DNA of 64,000 nucleotides from Flavobacterium sp. (lineage in GTDB: Bacteria > Bacteroidota > Bacteroidia > Chitinophagales > Chitinophagaceae): assembly GCA_030053925.1 (NCBI GenBank), contig JASGCX010000003.1, forward strand, positions 5,133-69,132, read 5' to 3'. The notes beneath the pieces were generated by a model. It did no database searches and was not told the DNA's origin. It saw only the letters and a list, made by a program, of their open reading frames with translations. Of the stretch, positions 45,667-54,265 are shown piece by piece. The position numbers and the translations under genes were made by a program. Position 1 is the stretch's first letter. Each line of letters starts with the position of its first letter.

Positions 45667-46515
45667 ATGGAAACTTTATTTGAAATTCAACAAATTACAC
45701 ACTTAGTATTAGCACAATATCATCGTTGGTACCAAGTTTACGAAATACCATTTACGCAAAACACTATTGCTAATCAAAAAGACATTTTAAGTGATGATGT
45801 AGAAATTATTTCGCAGAACGGAACAACAAAAGGCAAAGAAGGATTGGAAGATAGATTAAGGGTTTTTACAGGATGGCGCAACGCCCATCATGTTCAAAAA
45901 ACAGAAATTAAATTGCTTGATGATGGCAATATATCTTTAGAAGCAGATATTTTATATCAAAACATAAGACCAGATGATAGTAAATATAGCTACAATTTGC
46001 ATTACTCAACGCTTTTGCAACAAAGAGAAAATAACTTGCCGGTTTTTAAAATGCTAAAACTGCAACCCACAGGAATTGTGGATGATTTTAAGTTTGAAGA
46101 AGGTTATACAGAAAACAGAGCAAAATCTTTTATGCACTATTGGCTATACCTAATGGAACGCCCCAATGTTGAAAAATTTAAAGAACTGTTGGATGAAAAT
46201 TTTATACTTCACCTAAGTTCTGGTGAAAATATTAGTGATTTTGCGGCATTTAAAACTTGGTTAGAGTCTTCTTCTTCAAAGCTAAAAACAAGTACACACA
46301 GTTATAAAAATTTAGAAATAGTAAACAATCAAGATAGTACAATTTCTGTGAAAGTAAATTTTGAATGGAAGGGAATAACAGTTGACGCTAAAAAAATGAT
46401 TGCCGAAACACATCACGAATGGACACTCTCTAACAACACAGAAGAGCGTTTTGCCCGTATGAAGCAAATGAATGTTACATTAGTTACGCCGTTTAAAATT
46501 GTGGAGAATTTTTAA
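45667..46515 (+). CDS. hypothetical protein, apparently two tandem NTF2/SnoaL-like halves
   Basis: 282 aa. Two ~130-aa halves each have an alpha+beta cone-like pattern (...HHVQKTEIKLLDDGNISLEADILYQ... and ...STHSYKNLEIVNNQDSTISVKVNFEW...). The fold call is pattern-based only. Confidence 0.55.
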   Translation: METLFEIQQITHLVLAQYHRWYQVYEIPFTQNTIANQKDILSDDVEIISQNGTTKGKEGLEDRLRVFTGWRNAHHVQKTEIKLLDDGNISLEADILYQNIRPDDSKYSYNLHYSTLLQQRENNLPVFKMLKLQPTGIVDDFKFEEGYTENRAKSFMHYWLYLMERPNVEKFKELLDENFILHLSSGENISDFAAFKTWLESSSSKLKTSTHSYKNLEIVNNQDSTISVKVNFEWKGITVDAKKMIAETHHEWTLSNNTEERFARMKQMNVTLVTPFKIVENF

Positions 46516-46516
46516 A

Positions 46517-46700
46517 TTTGAGTGGCAACTAGGCTATGGCGCATTTTCGTATTCTAAAAGTGAATTAAAAAATGTGATTAATTTCATACAAAACCAAGAG
46601 AAACACCATCATAAAAAAACTTTTCACAAAGAGTACATAGAAATGCTACAAAAAATTTGAAGTAGATTATAACCAAAAGTATCTTTTTGAAACACTAGAT
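46517..46700 (+). pseudogene. C-terminal relic of an IS200/RAYT-type (Y1) transposase
   Basis: Own translation gives FEWQLGYGAFSYSKSELKNVINFIQNQEKHHHKKTFHKEYIEMLQKI*. After a frameshift it continues KKFEVDYNQKYLFETLDK. This matches the conserved tail of COG1943-type transposases (FAWQEGYGAFSVS...Q..HH.K.SF.EEY). The N-terminal two-thirds is absent. Confidence 0.7.
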
Positions 46701-46702
46701 AA

Positions 46703-49108
46703 ATGGTTCGCAACGTTATCCAAAATATCAAAAAATGGTCTTTAAAAAAGAAGATAACATCAAGCCTTTTGATAGTTCTATTACTATGGTTTTATCTCTC
46801 ACTACCATCGCAACTATTTAATGCACCCACCTCTTTTGTAATTACCGATGCCAATGGTAATTTACTCAACGCAAGTATTGCAGCAGATGGTCAGTGGCGT
46901 TTTCCTTACAACCAGCAAGTGCCTGAAAAATTTAGCAAGTGCATTAGCACTTTCGAGGACAAACGTTTTTATTATCATCCTGGGGTAGATCCTATTGCCA
47001 TGTGTAGAGCCATTTGGCAAAACAGTAGAAACAAAAAAACAGTGAGCGGTGGCAGTACTGTTACCATGCAAGTAGTGCGCTTATATAAGCTACATACCAA
47101 GCGTAGCTTGTGGAATAAACTCACAGAAATAATTGCAGCCGTTCGGCTTGAATGTAGTTACAAGAAAAAATCTATCATGGCGCTATACGCTAGCAATGCA
47201 CCTTTTGGTAGCAATGTGGTAGGCCTCGATGCGGCAGCTTGGCGTTACTATGGTAGAGATGCCAATCAATTAACTTGGGGCGAAATGGCTGCACTGGCAG
47301 TATTGCCAAATGCGCCTGCATTAGTACATCCTGGTAAAAACCGCAACACGCTTTTACGTAAGCGCAATGACCTGTTAGACAAGTTGGTTGCCAACAAAAC
47401 CATTGCTGCTACAACAGCTAATTTGGCAAAGCTAGAACCACTACCTAGCGAACCAAAAGCATTGCCTCAACTAGCGCCGCATTTGTTAGATAGATTTAAA
47501 AGAAACTATGCTACCATTAATAAAAAATTGCCAATTGCTACTAACATTCAAACTACCATTGATGGCAATTTACAAGCCCAGGTAAACCGTATTATTTTAC
47601 AACACCACCAGCAGCTAAAGGGCAATCAAATAAACAATGTAGCCGCTTTGGTGGTTGACATTGAAACAGGCAATGTTAAAGCCTATATTGGCAATGTGTA
47701 CGAACCAGCTAACTCAGAAATAGAAAGCCATGTAGATGTGTTAAGTGCTGTACGTAGCCCAGGCAGTACGCTAAAACCCTTGCTATATGCGAGTTTGCTT
47801 ACCGAAGGTGCTATTTTACCAAAACAATTAATACCAGATATTCCTACACAAATAGGTGGCTATACACCAGAAAATTTTGACCTTGGCTACGATGGTGCTG
47901 TGCCTGCAAATAAAGCATTGAGCAGAAGTTTAAACATACCTGCGGTACGTTTATTACAGATGTACAAATACCAACGCTTTTACAATGTACTAAAGCAATC
48001 TGGCATTACCACACTTAGCAAACCTGCTGATTTTTATGGCATGAGTTTAATATTAGGCGGCTGCGAAATTTCGCCGTTTGAGTTAGCAGGTGTGTATAGC
48101 AGCATGGCTCGTTTATACAACCATCAACAGCAAAACAATGGTAAATGGAACGCTAAAGATTGGATGATGCCTAGGTATTTTAAGTCGACGGACGATGGTC
48201 TACCGTCTACCGTTGACGGTCAACTATTCGATTACACCGCTATTTGGCACACCTTTAATGCCATGAATGAAGTGATGCGCCCCGGTGAAGAAGGCTTGTG
48301 GAATTTATTTTCTTCTGCACAGCGTATTGCATGGAAAACTGGTACTAGCTTTGGTTTTAGAGATGGTTGGGCTATTGGCCTTACACCTAAATATTGTGTA
48401 TTAGTATGGGTAGGCAATACTAGTGGTGTAGGTAGGCCAAACTTAACAGGCATTAATACCGCAGGCCCTATTTTGTTTGATATTTTTAGATTACTACCCA
48501 AAAGTGCTTGGTTTAATGCGCCTACAAGTGGCTTTAACTATATTAATGTTTGTAAGCAATCTGGCTTTAAAGCCTCTATAGATTGTGGTGCTACCGATAC
48601 AGTAATGGTAAGCACTTCAGCTAAAAACGCTCCTATTTGCCCTTACTGCAAGCGTATTAATTTAGATAAAACCTCTACCTATCGTGTAACAGATAATTGC
48701 GTTAGCCCTGCTGAAATGTTACACACATCATGGTTTGTATTGCCACCAACTATTGAATATTATTACCAACAAAAACATCCTGAATACAAACCTTTGCCCA
48801 ATTTTAAAACAGGCTGTAATGCAGATGTAGCAAGGGTTTTAGATATTATATACCCAGAAGAAAGTGCAAAAATTTATGTACCTATAGAAGCAAGTGGCAT
48901 AAAAGGTAATACCATTTTTACAGCCACACATCGCAGCAAAGGCAGCAAATTGTTTTGGCATTTGGATGATGCATTTGTAGGTACTACACTACAGTTTCAT
49001 CAGTTATCGCTTAACCCAAAACCTGGCCCACACCTTATTACCATTATAGATGAACAAGGCAATAGCGTAAGCCGAAACTTTGAAATTTTGCAAAAAGAAA
49101 AGCATTAG
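46703..49108 (+). CDS. pbpC: penicillin-binding protein 1C (bifunctional transglycosylase/transpeptidase)
   Basis: 801 aa: GT51 motifs FEDKRFYYHPGVDP and GGSTVTMQV, transpeptidase SPGSTLKP, and a long C-terminal PBP1C-type domain. Confidence 0.85.
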   Translation: MVRNVIQNIKKWSLKKKITSSLLIVLLLWFYLSLPSQLFNAPTSFVITDANGNLLNASIAADGQWRFPYNQQVPEKFSKCISTFEDKRFYYHPGVDPIAMCRAIWQNSRNKKTVSGGSTVTMQVVRLYKLHTKRSLWNKLTEIIAAVRLECSYKKKSIMALYASNAPFGSNVVGLDAAAWRYYGRDANQLTWGEMAALAVLPNAPALVHPGKNRNTLLRKRNDLLDKLVANKTIAATTANLAKLEPLPSEPKALPQLAPHLLDRFKRNYATINKKLPIATNIQTTIDGNLQAQVNRIILQHHQQLKGNQINNVAALVVDIETGNVKAYIGNVYEPANSEIESHVDVLSAVRSPGSTLKPLLYASLLTEGAILPKQLIPDIPTQIGGYTPENFDLGYDGAVPANKALSRSLNIPAVRLLQMYKYQRFYNVLKQSGITTLSKPADFYGMSLILGGCEISPFELAGVYSSMARLYNHQQQNNGKWNAKDWMMPRYFKSTDDGLPSTVDGQLFDYTAIWHTFNAMNEVMRPGEEGLWNLFSSAQRIAWKTGTSFGFRDGWAIGLTPKYCVLVWVGNTSGVGRPNLTGINTAGPILFDIFRLLPKSAWFNAPTSGFNYINVCKQSGFKASIDCGATDTVMVSTSAKNAPICPYCKRINLDKTSTYRVTDNCVSPAEMLHTSWFVLPPTIEYYYQQKHPEYKPLPNFKTGCNADVARVLDIIYPEESAKIYVPIEASGIKGNTIFTATHRSKGSKLFWHLDDAFVGTTLQFHQLSLNPKPGPHLITIIDEQGNSVSRNFEILQKEKH

Positions 49109-50440
49109 TTATTGGCACTCAAACGCTCCTAAATCTGGTGCTTTACCTAAAAAGCTAAAGCCAATATTTACGCCTTTATCTACCAAGCCACTTTTAGGAG
49201 TTAAATGTATAAACTGTATGGCAGGCAAGCTACCATCTGCTTGGCGTGGCTGTAGTAATTCTTGTTCGTTAAGGCTTACAAAATCATTTTTACGCACCGT
49301 AACCGGTAAGGTAAAATAGTTATTGGCAAGGTCGCATTTAGCCGTATCTATTCTATCGGTTTCTTTACGGCCATTGTAGCCCATATTATTGCGTAGCAAA
49401 TGGCCATAACCATCTACATCGGTAACATTATTGGGTAGCCTACTTAGCATATTAAAGTTTACGGCATTGCCGTAGGCCGAATTATTGTACCACTTATTAC
49501 CTACAATATGGTGATTTGCATAAAAGCCATTGGCCTTGTTACGCACCGCTAGGCAAAACTGTATTACATGCGATGGTATTGGATTTGGCAATTTATCTAC
49601 CGGTGTTTTACCGTAGCCTCCTGCTTTAAAACCATTGCCATCGCCTTGGCTATTAAAGTTGCTGCTAAAGCCATTGTACATAGCCCAGCAATGGTCAAAC
49701 GTTACAGACTCGTGTGCGTTAATTAAGTCAAAACCATCATCGCTATTAAACCATGCACGGCAGCCTCTAAACACATTGCCTACATTACCTTTTTTAGGAT
49801 GGCAGCCAAAACCATCTGTATTGCCGCCTCTGCCATTTTCCGAATAAAAATCCCAGTTGTTATAAGCATCGCAGTTTAAAAACAAATTGTTGGCACCCGC
49901 AATTAAGTAAATGCCAATAGCCATACCATCGTGCATACTTAAGCCTTCGTAAATATTATTGTTGCCTTGGTTTTCAAAACACTCAGACTGTGTATGTGTT
50001 TTAATGCCTACTTGCACACCAACTACTTCTAGCCCTTTTATATGTAGCCACGAGCCTGACACAAAAAATGCAATTACACGATAGTCTGATGATGTAATAG
50101 CACTACAATCAAATACAGGTTGTTCGTTAGGATAAGCCCAATAGTTGATGCGTTTATTAGGTGCGCCACTTTTGGTAAGTGCTGTTATATACAACCACAG
50201 TCTTTCTTGCTTTGCCACCATTTCGTTTTGCATAATGTATTTACCGCCACGCACATAAACGGTATCGCCTGCATTTACTACATTTTGCGCTTGCTGTATG
50301 GTAGCAAAAGGTTGTGAAATAGTGCCATTATTAGCATTATTGCCATTGGTAGCTACATAATAAACATTGGCAAATATTGGTGTAGAAAACACAATTATTG
50401 CCATTAAAATAAGCAGTTGCTTCAATTTAGTTGTTTGCAT
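49109..50440 (-). CDS. secreted right-handed parallel beta-helix (pectin-lyase-fold) protein
   Basis: 443 aa, with a signal peptide. YYVATNGNNANNGTISQPFATIQQAQNVVNAGDTVYVRGGKY and repeated G/N-rich coils. Confidence 0.65.
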   Translation of the reverse strand: MQTTKLKQLLILMAIIVFSTPIFANVYYVATNGNNANNGTISQPFATIQQAQNVVNAGDTVYVRGGKYIMQNEMVAKQERLWLYITALTKSGAPNKRINYWAYPNEQPVFDCSAITSSDYRVIAFFVSGSWLHIKGLEVVGVQVGIKTHTQSECFENQGNNNIYEGLSMHDGMAIGIYLIAGANNLFLNCDAYNNWDFYSENGRGGNTDGFGCHPKKGNVGNVFRGCRAWFNSDDGFDLINAHESVTFDHCWAMYNGFSSNFNSQGDGNGFKAGGYGKTPVDKLPNPIPSHVIQFCLAVRNKANGFYANHHIVGNKWYNNSAYGNAVNFNMLSRLPNNVTDVDGYGHLLRNNMGYNGRKETDRIDTAKCDLANNYFTLPVTVRKNDFVSLNEQELLQPRQADGSLPAIQFIHLTPKSGLVDKGVNIGFSFLGKAPDLGAFECQ

Positions 50441-50464
50441 ACAAGGTAAATGTATGAATAAGAC

Positions 50465-50568
50465 GGGTGCCTAAACAATTTTCCATTTTTTGCTTTATTT
50501 TTAAATGATTGCCAACCTTTAAAAGATTAGCAATCATTGGCTTTCAGCACAAAAACATTGATGCAACC
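50465..50568. mobile_element. MITE/REP-like intergenic repeat, copy 2 of 3
   Basis: GGGTGCCTAAACAATTTTCCATTTTTTGCTTTATTTTTAAATGATTGCCAACCTTTAAAAGATTAGCAATCATTGGCTTTCAGCACAAAAACATTGATGCAACC, colinear with copies 1 and 3. Confidence 0.7.
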
Positions 50569-50734
50569 AATAAGCCTTATTTGGCTGCAAATTGTTTAGC
50601 CGTAGTTAAAATACGCAACTAGATGGCTGCATTTAAAACAGGTTTTCAATTTGCCAAAAACAGTAATTCCCATCTTTTCCACCAAGTATTTTTGCAAGCT
50701 ATATAGCACCAAGTTCTGTTGTACTTTTACACAG

Positions 50735-51622
50735 ATGGCACTAGAACAATTAGATTTATTTGGCAATCCTATAGTGGTAGAAACTTCTAAAAAAGAGAAG
50801 TTTAAATTGGTGCAACAGCCATTATTTGAGGCTGTGTTTAACAACGATATTACACCATCATCTACCAATACAACACCTATTGTAGATGCAGCTACAACTA
50901 GCAATAATGCGGCAAAATTGGCAGCATTTGCCATAGAAACCGTAGAGCCTATTACCGAAATTGTAGTACCTGCAAAAACACCTGCTACAGAACCCACACC
51001 ACAGCCATTTGTATATACCGACAATAACATAAGGGTAAAAATAAAAGCCACGCCACAGCCTAAAAAAGAGTTAGTACCAGCTATTGGCCTTACACCTAAA
51101 CCGCTAATAATAGAAACTGTTAGCATTGGTTCAGTAGAAGAAGCCTTGGTAACTAACACAACACCCATGATTGCAACGCCTATACCTGCAAAACGTGCAG
51201 AGCCAGAATATGTATCTAACCTGCATAAGCGTGGCAGAAAATCGCATAAAGACCTAGAAGCTAGTGCAGACCTTACCAATATACCAGACGATGACATACT
51301 AAACCAAAAGTTGTATTATGGTATTACAGAAGTAGCAGGTTGGTTTAATGTAAACGTATCGCAAATACGCTTTTGGGAAAATGAATTTGACATACTACAA
51401 CCACGCAAAACCAAAAAAGGTGATCGACTTTTTAGAGTAGCCGATATTAAAAACCTTGAGTTAATTTACCACCTTATTAGGCAACGTAAGTTTAGTATTG
51501 AAGGTGCAAAAGCTTACTTAAAAAACAATAAGCTAGCCGCCGATACTAATTTCAAGGTTACACAATCATTAACCAAGTTTCGTTCATTTTTACTAGAGTT
51601 AAAAGCCAATCTTGGCACCTAA
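50735..51622 (+). CDS. MerR-family HTH protein with a long low-complexity N-terminal region
   Basis: C-terminal YYGITEVAGWFNVNVSQIRFWENEFDILQPRKTKKGDRLFRVADIKNLELIYHLI is a MerR-type HTH. The start is chosen at MALEQLDLFGNP (50735). Confidence 0.7.
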   Translation: MALEQLDLFGNPIVVETSKKEKFKLVQQPLFEAVFNNDITPSSTNTTPIVDAATTSNNAAKLAAFAIETVEPITEIVVPAKTPATEPTPQPFVYTDNNIRVKIKATPQPKKELVPAIGLTPKPLIIETVSIGSVEEALVTNTTPMIATPIPAKRAEPEYVSNLHKRGRKSHKDLEASADLTNIPDDDILNQKLYYGITEVAGWFNVNVSQIRFWENEFDILQPRKTKKGDRLFRVADIKNLELIYHLIRQRKFSIEGAKAYLKNNKLAADTNFKVTQSLTKFRSFLLELKANLGT

Positions 51623-51638
51623 TACAAGCAAACAACGC

Positions 51639-52160
51639 ATGAAAACAATCATCATCGCCTTTACCGCCATTGTAGTATTAACAGCATGTGGTGCTAGCAA
51701 AAAAGCTGCTACCAAGTATCAAGTACTTAACTATCAAGGCAAAAAAATGCTAAAAGGTATTATTAACCGTAGCCAAGTAGAAAGCGATACAGCCTTTGCT
51801 TGGTTTAAAGAAAACATGCAGTATGGCCAGCCAGATGCCGCTGCTGTTGCGGCTTTTCGGCAACATAAAGCAGACTTTACCATGATTGTATTTGGCGGTA
51901 CCTGGTGCGAAGACACACAAAATTTACTACCTAAGTTTTATAAATTGGTAGATAAAAGTGGCTATCCTGAAAGTAGCATTACACTAGTGGCGGTAGATAG
52001 GCAGAAAACCACGTTTAATAATTTACATACCACCTACAACATTGCCAATGTGCCCACCTTTATTGTATTAAAGGCAGGTAAAGAAATAGGCCGTGTAGTT
52101 GAATACGGTAAAGATGGCGATATGGTTAAAGAACTCGGTGCTATTGTAAGCAAATTGTAA
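51639..52160 (+). CDS. thioredoxin-fold lipoprotein (single-Cys WCEDT motif)
   Basis: Lipobox LTAC. FGGTWCEDTQNLLPKF occupies the position of WCxxC. The start is chosen at MKTIIIAF (51639). Confidence 0.65.
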   Translation: MKTIIIAFTAIVVLTACGASKKAATKYQVLNYQGKKMLKGIINRSQVESDTAFAWFKENMQYGQPDAAAVAAFRQHKADFTMIVFGGTWCEDTQNLLPKFYKLVDKSGYPESSITLVAVDRQKTTFNNLHTTYNIANVPTFIVLKAGKEIGRVVEYGKDGDMVKELGAIVSKL

Positions 52161-52175
52161 ATCTATCTCTCAGCT

Positions 52176-52700
52176 TTGTTACTACAACCTTACAATACAG
52201 AATGGGCAATGCATTTTAACGCCATTAAAACGGCACTCGATAATGCCTTACAACCTTTACCAATTATAATAGAACATGTAGGCAGTACAGCCATACCTTT
52301 GCTAGCTGCTAAACCCATTATTGACATCGATATTGTATTCAATGAAGCCACTTGTAACTTTAGTAATATCAAAAGCAAACTAGCAAGTATTGGCTATTAC
52401 CACAATGGCAATCAAGGTATTGCAGATAGAGAAGTGTTTAAAAGAAAACTATTAGCCCACCACCCTATTTTAGATACCACATTACACCACTTGTACGTTT
52501 GCAGCAGTAATAGCAAAGCGTTACAAAAACACCTCACTTTTAGAGACCATCTTAGAAATAATGAGGCCGATAGAAATGCTTACCAAGCTTTAAAACTTAC
52601 AATAGCAGAAGCTTCCAAACAAGATAAAAAACTGTATGCTGCATTTAAAGAAATACAAGCCACAGGTTTTATCAACGGCATTATCAACCAGTATTTATAG
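52176..52700 (+). CDS. GrpB family protein
   Basis: 174 aa, TTG start; IEHVGSTAIPLLAAKPIIDIDIVF and HHLYVC motifs. Confidence 0.7.
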   Translation: MLLQPYNTEWAMHFNAIKTALDNALQPLPIIIEHVGSTAIPLLAAKPIIDIDIVFNEATCNFSNIKSKLASIGYYHNGNQGIADREVFKRKLLAHHPILDTTLHHLYVCSSNSKALQKHLTFRDHLRNNEADRNAYQALKLTIAEASKQDKKLYAAFKEIQATGFINGIINQYL

Positions 52701-53324
52701 CCCATATTTATGCCACAATTCAGGCATGTTTATTTCAAAATGTAAAGGTGCTTTGGTAGCAGGATGTTTAAACGCTAAATAGTAAGACTGCAAGAAAATA
52801 CTGCCATCGGGTGTGGTACGTTTATAGCCATATTTTACATCGCCCACAATAGCGCAATTTATAGCAGCTAGTTGCGCTCTTATTTGATGAAAGCGCCCTG
52901 TAACTAAGGTAATATCTAACAAATGATATTTTAAAGACGACAGAACCAATACATAACTTAACTGGGCTTCTACACTATGTGCCACCGCCTTACTAAAGGC
53001 TTTTACCTTCTGCTGTTTACCATTTTTTAATAACCAATGTATTAGCGTAGCACTTGCTTGCAGTGGTTGGTTAGCCACAACAGCACGGTATTTTTTGTTT
53101 ACTTGCCTATTGGCAAATGCTTTGCTTAATACTGTAAAACTTTCTGTGTTTTTGGCTAATAAAACCAGCCCACTCACACGTTGATCTAGCCTGTGTACAG
53201 GCTGCCAAGTTTCGGGTAATGTACTGCTAATACTGTTGTTGCCAAAAGCGGTTGCCTGCGATGCTAAACCAGTTGGTTTATGCACTACGGCAATATCTAC
53301 ATCTTCATAAATAATGGTAATCAA
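52695..53324 (-). CDS. RluA-family pseudouridine synthase
   Basis: 209 aa; catalytic HRLDQRVSGLVLLAK, and HQIRAQLA. Confidence 0.85.
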   Translation of the reverse strand: MITIIYEDVDIAVVHKPTGLASQATAFGNNSISSTLPETWQPVHRLDQRVSGLVLLAKNTESFTVLSKAFANRQVNKKYRAVVANQPLQASATLIHWLLKNGKQQKVKAFSKAVAHSVEAQLSYVLVLSSLKYHLLDITLVTGRFHQIRAQLAAINCAIVGDVKYGYKRTTPDGSIFLQSYYLAFKHPATKAPLHFEINMPELWHKYGL

Positions 53325-53362
53325 GCGAAAAAATTGAGAACGTAAAACTAGCCATAGTTGCT

Positions 53363-53447
53363 GGGTGCATAAACAATTTTCTATTTTTTTGTTTGATTTT
53401 TAAAAGCTTGGCAACCATTGGCTCGCAGTAGAAAAAATTTATGCACC
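53363..53447. mobile_element. MITE/REP-like intergenic repeat, copy 3 of 3 (short form, best terminal inverted repeats)
   Basis: Starts GGGTGCATAAACAATTTTCTA and ends TAGAAAAAATTTATGCACCC. The outer 11 nt are perfect reverse complements. Confidence 0.7.
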
Positions 53448-53529
53448 CACAATTATATCGGCAGCAAACAACCAAAAATAGCCACATTGTGGGTTTCTGT
53501 TTGTAGAAAATTTGTAAAACAATGCGTTT

Positions 53530-53584
53530 AAAAAAGCACCGTAGCAGCAACCTGTATTGTTTGTCAGCTTGCTGCTACGGTGCT
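53530..53584 (-). terminator. strong rho-independent terminator (16-bp perfect stem)
   Basis: AGCACCGTAGCAGCAA (53535-53550) pairs with TTGCTGCTACGGTGCT (53569-53584), with an 18-nt loop. TTTTT follows on the minus strand. It lies downstream of the gpmI/heme-binding gene pair. Confidence 0.8.
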
Positions 53585-53753
53585 AAATTGCCTTTTATAA
53601 TGCGGCGTTCAACACGCAGTAAACGCCTTTAAAATTTAGATGTGTTTGTTTTAAATGATTAGAATAGGGCTTTTATTAAGGCTTATGGATCACAAATCTG
53701 AAAAGCGTTCATTTATTTATGAGTAAGTCTCTTTTTTTAGTATTGCAATTGAA

Positions 53754-54254
53754 TTACTTTCTTTTAGGTAGCACCAAGCTATCCGCAGGGTACTTTGCCT
53801 TTATGCTATCTCTCACCAATTCGCACCAAGTAGCCAAGGCTAGCTTTTCTGATGTTGTTAATACTGCATCCCTATGTATCAAAGTATAACTTCCTAAAGG
53901 CATCTCGCCTTCTTTAGTTTCCTCTATACATTCTTCTAGCTTTTTATACTGCCTAGCTATACCATAGGTGGTAAACTCATCAAAGTTTAAGTGTTGCTTA
54001 CCATCTTTTATATGGTTGTTAAGCCACCAAGCCATTGGCTGTACATTACTATACCAAGGGTATTTGGTAGTATTACTATGGCAGTCGTAACAGGCTTTTA
54101 TTAGCGTTTGTTCTACATCTGTTGGTACGGTGTACAGTTTACTAATTTGGTGTTGGGCAGGTGCGGCAGCAATGTTTTTAGCTGGATGGATAAATTGTAT
54201 AACTACTAGTATTACTAGCAATACAATACCAATGTACTTGAGTGCTTTTTTCAT
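53754..54254 (-). CDS. heme-binding domain-containing protein
   Basis: 166 aa; an N-terminal TM segment, then CYDCHSNTTKYPWYSNVQPMAWWLNNHIKDGKQHLNFDEF. Confidence 0.75.
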   Translation of the reverse strand: MKKALKYIGIVLLVILVVIQFIHPAKNIAAAPAQHQISKLYTVPTDVEQTLIKACYDCHSNTTKYPWYSNVQPMAWWLNNHIKDGKQHLNFDEFTTYGIARQYKKLEECIEETKEGEMPLGSYTLIHRDAVLTTSEKLALATWCELVRDSIKAKYPADSLVLPKRK

Positions 54255-54265
54255 GGTGTTTAGTA

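Noticed and set aside
50596-51297. 233-aa minus-strand ORF overlapping the MerR-like gene.
   Set aside because: The plus-strand frame ends in a recognisable MerR HTH, while the minus-strand product is low-complexity (S/G/V/A-rich). It is most likely a shadow ORF of the Thr/Pro/Ala-rich region.
53305-53550. 81-aa minus-strand ORF upstream of rluA.
   Set aside because: It is composed of the MITE-like repeat (53363-53447) and one arm of the 16-bp terminator stem, so it is not coding.
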